64,000 bases of DNA from a virus. The first letter of the stretch is position 1; each line of letters begins with the position of its first letter. The stretch spans positions 1 to 64,000 of IMG/VR virus record IMGVR_UViG_3300011008_000009; one strand, 5' to 3'. This document shows, in pieces, positions 58,254 through 64,000 of the stretch. The position numbers and the translations under genes are program-made. The notes beneath the pieces are model-generated. The model was not told the origin of the DNA. It saw only the letters and a list, made by a program, of their open reading frames with translations, and made no database searches.

Positions 58254-59212
58254 CGTATTACTCAATTATTACTAATTGTACTGACCATTTCTTCACATAT
58301 AGTGCATACCGTTTCCAATTGCGTATCAATAGCAATCGTACTCTCCAACAACGGAGATGGTCGATACAGGTTAATTATTCTTTTCTAAGTTCTTAATCCT
58401 TTTAAGATTAGTAGCTTTAAAGCTGTCGTAACTGGAATATATATTTTTAAAGTCTTCGTAAATGGTTCTTAAACTTTCACCATTTGCATATCTTAATCTA
58501 ATGCTTTCAAACTGTTGGTCACTAATTTTTGCTTTTGGGTTCTTTTCTCCTGGGTTGCTATAACTTTTAGAATTATTTCTATGCCACTCTCTATTTTCTT
58601 GTGTATTTAATTCGGGTAAAATATTTTTCCAAGTTTGCCAAGTATATACTTTTTTAAAACCGGTTTTTTCTATTTTATCCTGATATTCATAATACATTTC
58701 TCTTGTAGAGATAGTCTTGGATGCCCACAATAATCTTATTTCTATAACATCTTTTTCTGTTAATTTGTGCTTAGGATGTTTTTCGCCGTGAGTATCAACT
58801 AAATCTCCACCCGGAGTAGCATTATATCCTTTTTTAAAAGTATTGTAATAATTTATCCAATAAATTTCTTTTTCTTTTAGCTCTTCTGGTTTACATTCTT
58901 CTAAAACTTCCCATTTGAAATTTTCTAAACCATATTTTCTGAACGCTTGATACAATACTTTATCATACTCTTTATTATCACTATCAAAAGCTCTTTCTCT
59001 ATGAGATTTCCAGCGATTTTCAATATTTATAGATAACCCAATATAAGCATTATTATTAATTAAATTTGTAATTTTGTATATACCAGTCATACATTTCCTC
59101 CAAGAATAATTCTTCCCACGAGATTATCCAACTTGGGACTACCCTCGTTAGCAGTCAATGAAGACTACCCCGCCGATAAGCGGAAAAGTATGTAAGGACC
59201 AGACTACCTCTT
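58254..59212 (-). mobile_element. Group I intron carrying a GIY-YIG endonuclease gene
   Basis: Exon ends GGAT|. Guide GTCCTT pairs with AAGGAT, with a G-U pair at the splice site. P2-like CCGCTTATCGGCGG. Conserved 3' core TATCGACCATCTCC...ATTGATACG..GGAAACGG. The intron ends ...AATACG|. Confidence 0.8.
58371..59090 (-). CDS. GIY-YIG homing endonuclease
   Basis: MTGIYKITNLINNNAYIGLSINIENRWKSH...KEIYWINYY..GYNATPGG. Repeated T/S.xD/Q....IR helices. Confidence 0.85.
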   Translation of the reverse strand: MTGIYKITNLINNNAYIGLSINIENRWKSHRERAFDSDNKEYDKVLYQAFRKYGLENFKWEVLEECKPEELKEKEIYWINYYNTFKKGYNATPGGDLVDTHGEKHPKHKLTEKDVIEIRLLWASKTISTREMYYEYQDKIEKTGFKKVYTWQTWKNILPELNTQENREWHRNNSKSYSNPGEKNPKAKISDQQFESIRLRYANGESLRTIYEDFKNIYSSYDSFKATNLKRIKNLEKNN

Positions 59213-59411
59213 ATCCTTTTGCTCTCGTTACCTCTCCCTTTACTGTTGAACGAACCTTATTAAACTCCTCATCAGTAAAGTAGTAACTTTCTACTCCTTT
59301 ATTTTCTACTATATAAAGAGGAGATTTAAGCCAATACAGTCTACCTTCTTTTATAAAGTCTGGCGCAAGATACCATAAGTTTGCCATAATTAACAATCCT
59401 ATGTGACTTCC
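59213..59411 (-). CDS. Type IIA topoisomerase subunit B, exon 2 of 3
   Basis: Reads GSHIGLLIMANLWYLAPDFIKEGRLYWLKSPLYIV...TRAKG plus the T of a split Leu codon. Equivalent to the DG-SHI..LLL.FF......G.VY...PPLY motif. Confidence 0.8.
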
Positions 59412-60446
59412 CACGTTACCCATTATTTCTAATGGCGCTGACTATCTGTTACTCGTTAAAATGAGAATACTCTTTCCAATCACGTACCAATAGTGACTGT
59501 ACTTCCCTTCCGGGGAATAGTCGATACAGGCTTCATTTATTAACCCAAACCTTTTGTTTTTTCTTGTATATTGGCAGGTCTTTATAGGTGCGACCCCACA
59601 ATATTTGTTGTAATGTATTGTAACTGCATCTATCTTTAAAATCATTATAGATACTTCTTGCATCTTCATTAACGTACCGTTCTCGCATTTTTAAGACTTC
59701 TTCACTTGTAAATTTTGCGCTATCTGAATTAGAGCCATCTGTTGCGTGATATTTATAGAAATTTTTATTTTCCTCGGTATAAACTTCCATTTTAATATCT
59801 TTCCAAGTGGTTCCGTCCCAAATGGATGCGAAGCTGCTAAAACTTATTCTGTCTTGAAATTGTTTATATACTTCACGGCGTCGCATATGGTTGCCATAAC
59901 ACTCTCTAATATAAGCCACATCTTCATTAGTGAGTTTCGTTCTTCCATTATTTTCACCACGACTATTTCCGCCGCCTTCATTGCAATTATAACCAAATCC
60001 TTTATAAGTATTATAATATGCAATCCAGTATTTTTCTCGTTCATCTAATTGTTCTAATGAACATTCTTCTATAATTTCAAAATCAAAAGCATCAACGCCA
60101 TATTTCTTAATGGCTATTTCAATCGGTATATCAATTTTGTTTTTATGTTCGGAAAATCTTCTCTCTATATCATTACTTTGACCAATATATGATTTTCCAT
60201 TTTCTTTCTTAGTTATTTTGTATATGCCTATCATTGCGGCACCTCCACAATTATTAGGCTTGGGTCAATTCTGATTCCCACGGGATCTGCATGCCCACGA
60301 GGGGTTTAGCTTCTCTTATCACCATAACCTTTCGGTTTAGTTGCCCGTTAGCCTTCTATAATAATGTAGGGAATATGTAAACCCTCTCTACATTTTTCAG
60401 AAGACCCCGCTGGTTAGCGGTAAAGTATTTACGGACAGAGTTACTT
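59412..60446 (-). mobile_element. Group I intron carrying a GIY-YIG endonuclease gene
   Basis: Exon ends TCGGAT|. Guide GTCCG pairs with CGGAT, with a G-U pair at the splice site. P2-like CCGCTAACCAGCGG. Conserved 3' core TGTATCGACTATTCCCCGG...ATTGGTACG..GGAAAG. The intron ends ...AACGTG|. Confidence 0.8.
59533..60234 (-). CDS. GIY-YIG homing endonuclease
   Basis: MIGIYKITKKENGKSYIGQSNDIERRFSEH...REKYWIAYY..GFGYNCNEGG. Confidence 0.85.
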   Translation of the reverse strand: MIGIYKITKKENGKSYIGQSNDIERRFSEHKNKIDIPIEIAIKKYGVDAFDFEIIEECSLEQLDEREKYWIAYYNTYKGFGYNCNEGGGNSRGENNGRTKLTNEDVAYIRECYGNHMRRREVYKQFQDRISFSSFASIWDGTTWKDIKMEVYTEENKNFYKYHATDGSNSDSAKFTSEEVLKMRERYVNEDARSIYNDFKDRCSYNTLQQILWGRTYKDLPIYKKKQKVWVNK

Positions 60447-61925
60447 ATCCGAATCTGCGTCAGTTGCTATGGCAATTTTACCATAATGAAGTTTTTTGCT
60501 ATCATACTTTCCAGGCAGTATGTTCATGGCGCTTAACAGTAACTTTATCTCTTCGTTCTTAAATATTTTTTCTTCATCATTGGACAACGAATTAATCATC
60601 TTACCACGAATTGCCATAAGACCATACTTAGTTATATCTCTTGCCCGCGACAGTCCGCCTAACGCCGAGTCTCCCTCACAGATAAGTAAGGTACTGTCCT
60701 GTCCAAGAAACTCTGCGTCTTTCAGCTTATCGCTAGCAAACACTTTTTTCTTCTGATTTTTCTCGATATCCTTTGTAGCATCAAGCACAGCCTGTCTTGC
60801 CTTTTCAGCCGCCTTTTCAGCTTTCTGAATCTTATTCATCATTTCGATGATACTATTAAATTCACCACTATGTTTAAGCGCAAATTCATCAAGTCCAGAC
60901 TTAAAAGCCGTACTAGCTAAAGTTCTAAGATTAGGATTATTTATTTTAGACTTGGTCTGATTAGCAAAAGAGGGGTTAACTACTTTGCAGTTTATCGCAT
61001 AAACCAGACCCTTACGAATGATTTCGGGATCGAACTCCTTCTTGGACAAACGCTTCATAGAGGTTGTAAAAGTAGTTTTCGCGCCTGTAATGGGAGAGCC
61101 ACCCTCGCTGCAAAAAAGTCCGTTGACAAATACATAGCTGGCACCCGGACCATCTGTCCACATAAAAGCTACTTCTACTTCATCAGTATCATCTTTTGCT
61201 GTTGTAATGATTGGCGCAGACATCAATGGTTTTTTGACATTGTCCTTAATAAAATCGCCTATACCATTTTCGGAATAAAACTCTACTGTTTTTCCAGTAT
61301 TAACCAAACCAACTTTAAAATGTACACCTTTATTAAGATAAGAAATATTTCTTATTTCATTACATATTCTATCATAAGAAAAGCCGTCAGTCATTAATTT
61401 AAATACTTCGGGGTCTGGAATAAACTCTACCTTTGTGCCAGTATGGGCGCTTGTATTGGGTATTTCTTCATAATTTACGAGTATTCCTTTTTCAAAGGTA
61501 GCAGTAGCCTGCTTCTTTTCTCGATAGGAAGTAACGACAAAATTTTTAGAAGACATACATACCGCGGTTCCGCCTATACCATTCAATCCAGAAGAATTTT
61601 TGTATGCATTTTTGTCAAATTTTCCTCCAGTATGACTTTCGGTATAAATAGACACCAGAATATTTCTTCCGTCTTTAATACCAAAAGGTACTCCTCGTCC
61701 GTCGTCTATAATTGTAATTTTATTGTTTTGTTCATCAACAGCTATGGTTATTAAATTACCATATCCTGCCAATGCTTCATCTGTAGAATTGTTGACTATT
61801 TCTTTAAATGCTTGATAAATACCATCGGTATCATCAGAACCGAGATACATCTGTATCCTTGAACGCATAGCTTCACGCGTTTCTAAGTGTCTTATGCTAT
61901 CTATACCATAATTATCCATTCGCAT
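60447..61925 (-). CDS. Type IIA topoisomerase subunit B, exon 1 of 3 (GHKL ATPase, transducer, start of Toprim)
   Basis: EIVNNSTDEA, DDGRGVP and GLNGIGGTAV (ATPase). LLICEGDSALGG (Toprim Glu). Ends ...IATDADSD before AAGTAA. Start moved to ATG 61925 behind AAAGGAG. Confidence 0.85.
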
Positions 61926-61948
61926 TCTCCTTTTCACTTTATAATAAT

Positions 61949-61977
61949 ATTATACCATAATATAACGAAAAAGTCAA
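61949..61977 (-). promoter_or_regulatory. sigmaA-type promoter of the topoisomerase B gene
   Basis: TTGACT 61977-61972, 17 nt, TGgTATAAT (61954-61949). Confidence 0.8.
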
Positions 61978-61996
61978 GGGATTTGACCCTTGACTT
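61968..61996 (-). terminator. Intrinsic terminator whose 3' arm forms the next -35 box
   Basis: GTCAAGGG (61973-61980) / CCCTTGAC (61987-61994). On the minus strand it is followed by TTTTT. Confidence 0.65.
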
Positions 61997-62003
61997 AATC
62001 GGT

Positions 62004-62345
62004 TTAAAGTATATTCAGATACTTAAGTAAGTTTCTATACTCTCTGTCTAAAAGCAGCGAATCATCTTCGGTATCATCTTTCTTGAAAGTTCCTTTTACG
62101 CTATATTTTATAATAGGAATTTCACCGTACTTTTCAAAATACTTTTCGGAAAGATTTGCTGCCTTATCTATGAGTTCCTGTATCTCTTTCTGCTTACTTT
62201 CTTTCTCTGCCTTCAGCGCTGCCTTTCTCTTGTCTTCCGCCGCCTTTTCAGCATTGGCTATACAATCGCGTTCGCACTGGTTTCTTTCAGCTACGGTGTT
62301 GTATCTCTTACCACATATTCCACAAGTATAAATCTGTTCTCTCAT
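62004..62345 (-). CDS. Zinc-ribbon / coiled-coil hypothetical protein (113 aa)
   Basis: CGICGKRY......CERDC followed by KAAEDKRKAALKAEKESKQKEIQE. ATGA overlap with the MFS gene stop. Confidence 0.5.
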   Translation of the reverse strand: MREQIYTCGICGKRYNTVAERNQCERDCIANAEKAAEDKRKAALKAEKESKQKEIQELIDKAANLSEKYFEKYGEIPIIKYSVKGTFKKDDTEDDSLLLDREYRNLLKYLNIL

Positions 62346-63517
62346 TTTTTAATACCTCTCTTTAATAATATTATTGTAGTGAAACCTATTGTATATAATC
62401 CAAGTAATACCCAAAGTACCGGCATATATGCTCCCGTAACACCAAATACAATAGAACTAATATTGTTACCTACTAATCCTGCTATTCCCCAAGCAGTTAA
62501 TGACAGTCCGTGTATTGCACTAAGTCTGTTCATTCCATAGATATCAGATAACAATGTTGGCATATTACTAAAGCCAGCGCCATAAGTGCTAGAAATAATG
62601 CATAGACCAATAATAGTAACTATAATATTCTGTGTTAATAGCATAAGTACCATTGTGGCTACGGATATTAGAAAAATTACTAAGTAGATGTTCACTCTAC
62701 TATTAAGTTTATCAGAAATTGCGGAAAAAGTCAAACGTCCGAGTCCATTGCAAATTCCCATAATAGCAACTGCTGTTGCCGCGAGTCCAGGACCACAATT
62801 AATTGATACTAGTAAAGGAGATGCAATAGATATTAACGCTAGACCACACGCAATATTTAAAAAGAACATTAACCAAATTTTTCTAAATTTGCTGTCCTTA
62901 AACATAGTTAAAACTTTAAAATCATCTTTTGTAGTTTGTTCTACATAATTAGGCGGTCGCTTAATTAGTATAGAAGCTAATATTAAAGGTATTACTGATA
63001 TGGCGGCAAAACCTAAAAATGTAACAGTTAGATTAGTTGTTTCAAGTAAAAAGGTAAGTATAGGAGTAGCTATTGTACTTGCAAAACCAAAGCCCATAAT
63101 TGCTATTCCAGTTGCCACACCTTTGTGTTCAGTAAACCATAGCATTAGGTTTTTAATAGGTGTTAAATATCCTATGCCAAGTCCACATCCCATAAGAACA
63201 CCATATCCTAAGTATATAAGCCATATGGATTGCAACCAAGAGCCGAGCGCCGTAACGAGCAGACCGCCGCAGAAGAACAGCACACATAATCGAGAGCTTA
63301 GCTTAATATTGTGTTCAACTAATTTACCCAAGAACGCTGCCGACATTCCAAGAAAGAATATAGCTAAACTAAATGCGAACTGTACCCAAGCCACTGACAT
63401 TCCGACAGCCGCCGTTACGGGGTTTACGAGTAAACTCCAGGCATATACCGAGCCTATTGTACAGTGGATACATAAAGCTGGAATGGCGCCATGTATCCAT
63501 TTTCCTAATTTTCCCAT
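62342..63517 (-). CDS. MFS transporter, oxalate/formate antiporter (OFA)-like
   Basis: About 12 hydrophobic helices. N-terminal G..Y.WS pattern (GSVYAWSLL), LGKLVEH, GYGVLMGCGLGIGY. Start moved to ATG 63517 (AGGAG upstream). Confidence 0.8.
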   Translation of the reverse strand: MGKLGKWIHGAIPALCIHCTIGSVYAWSLLVNPVTAAVGMSVAWVQFAFSLAIFFLGMSAAFLGKLVEHNIKLSSRLCVLFFCGGLLVTALGSWLQSIWLIYLGYGVLMGCGLGIGYLTPIKNLMLWFTEHKGVATGIAIMGFGFASTIATPILTFLLETTNLTVTFLGFAAISVIPLILASILIKRPPNYVEQTTKDDFKVLTMFKDSKFRKIWLMFFLNIACGLALISIASPLLVSINCGPGLAATAVAIMGICNGLGRLTFSAISDKLNSRVNIYLVIFLISVATMVLMLLTQNIIVTIIGLCIISSTYGAGFSNMPTLLSDIYGMNRLSAIHGLSLTAWGIAGLVGNNISSIVFGVTGAYMPVLWVLLGLYTIGFTTIILLKRGIKK

Positions 63518-63999
63518 AAAACAACTTCTCCTTTTAATAGTGATTCTTGCACATCTATAATGCATTGATTGCTTGAACCTCTAAATTTTAGTGTAATATC
63601 TCGCTTATCTATCTCAAAAGGTCCGTCAACCAAAACGTCTATATATTGTAGTATTCTTAAATTTTTAGATAGTTGTTCAAAAGTAAAACCAGTATAGCAC
63701 CAAATAGTTTTGTCTTTATACTCATTCTTTATATCCTGTAAAAAAGATAATAATGTTTCATTACTACTATGATATATAGGGTCGCCGCCGGTTAGTGTTA
63801 AACCTTTAATGTAAGGATTTTTTAATAACTGTTTAATATTATTAATTTCAGCTTCTCCAAAAGGCTTTCCTGCATTAAAGTCCCAACTTTCTGGATTATG
63901 ACAACCTTTACAATGGTGGTCACAGCCAGAGAGCCAGAGGGTTACTCTGACTCCTGGACCATTAGCTACATCAAATTCATCTATTGCTAAATAATTCAT
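63505..63999 (-). CDS. nrdG: Anaerobic ribonucleotide reductase activating protein NrdG
   Basis: 164 aa. GPGVRVTLWLSGCDHHCKGCHNPESW (radical-SAM cluster site of NrdG type). GLTLTGGDP. Confidence 0.85.
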   Translation of the reverse strand: MNYLAIDEFDVANGPGVRVTLWLSGCDHHCKGCHNPESWDFNAGKPFGEAEINNIKQLLKNPYIKGLTLTGGDPIYHSSNETLLSFLQDIKNEYKDKTIWCYTGFTFEQLSKNLRILQYIDVLVDGPFEIDKRDITLKFRGSSNQCIIDVQESLLKGEVVLWEN

Positions 64000-64000
64000 A

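Noticed and set aside
59442-59669. 75-aa ORF overlapping the end of the GIY-YIG gene and the intron 3' core
   Set aside because: It is out of frame with the endonuclease and spans the conserved intron core RNA. It has no SD.
58072-60446. T4 gene-60-style translational bypass, or naturally split topoisomerase subunits
   Set aside because: The gaps are about 1 kb and carry endonuclease genes. Exon 3 has no start codon or SD. Exons 2 and 3 share a split codon. Splicing restores the motifs exactly, so introns explain this better.
63000-63560. 186-aa + strand ORF opposite the MFS gene, with similar shadow ORFs at 10911-11390, 4017-4298, 6661-6996, 44813-45139, 46595-46894, 56338-56637, 59746-60048 and 61443-61754
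   Set aside because: Each lies fully inside a strongly supported gene on the other strand. They have no ribosome-binding site and their composition is typical of antisense frames.
1-64000. Lysogeny module, diversity-generating retroelement, toxin-antitoxin or known defence-system genes
   Set aside because: No integrase, CI/Cro-like pair, reverse transcriptase, template/variable repeat pair or recognisable defence-system signatures were seen in any listed ORF.

Overview
The window reads as one arm of a large, apparently virulent tailed-phage genome. It is A/T-rich, roughly mid-30s % G+C by eye. No integrase or repressor is visible. All protein family calls come from motifs I recognise by eye; no database search or folding was possible.

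Layout:
- 1-3050: an unusually non-coding-rich end region. It holds two paralogous single-gene cassettes, each with a near-consensus promoter and its own terminator. It also holds a divergent small acidic ORF and several families of palindromic or iterated motifs.
- 3053-33117 (+ strand): packaging, head and tail genes. These include the large terminase, portal, a scaffold with a nested in-frame start, the major capsid protein and two tube-like tail proteins. They are followed by a compositionally foreign 534-aa ORF, a 2852-aa tape measure, Dit, and a 1690-aa Tal/fibre with an S74-type C-terminal chaperone domain.
- 33114-63999 (- strand): nucleotide-metabolism and replication genes. These include a RuvC-like resolvase, dUTPase, ThyX, a ClpP-like protease, DnaE-type polymerase, RecJ-like DHH, primase, DnaB helicase and PhoH. 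They also include an AAA_24 ATPase, a type IIA topoisomerase A subunit and GyrB-like B subunit, an MFS transporter and NrdG.

Main observations:
1. The DnaE-type polymerase and the GyrB-like subunit are each split by two endonuclease-carrying introns (three GIY-YIG, one LAGLIDADG). All four sit inside the most conserved catalytic motifs. The splice junctions can be reconstructed to the nucleotide.
2. GGCGCC, extending to CGGCGCCG and TCGGCGCCGA, is strongly over-represented and is written largely into Gly-Ala codon pairs.
3. A 10-mer, TTTTCGCGCC, occurs seven times, always in the same orientation.
4. The left-end cassette and operator-array architecture is not explained by any gene I can name.
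5. A very A/T-rich ORF sits where tail chaperone genes normally are.
6. An OFA-type MFS transporter overlaps nrdG.
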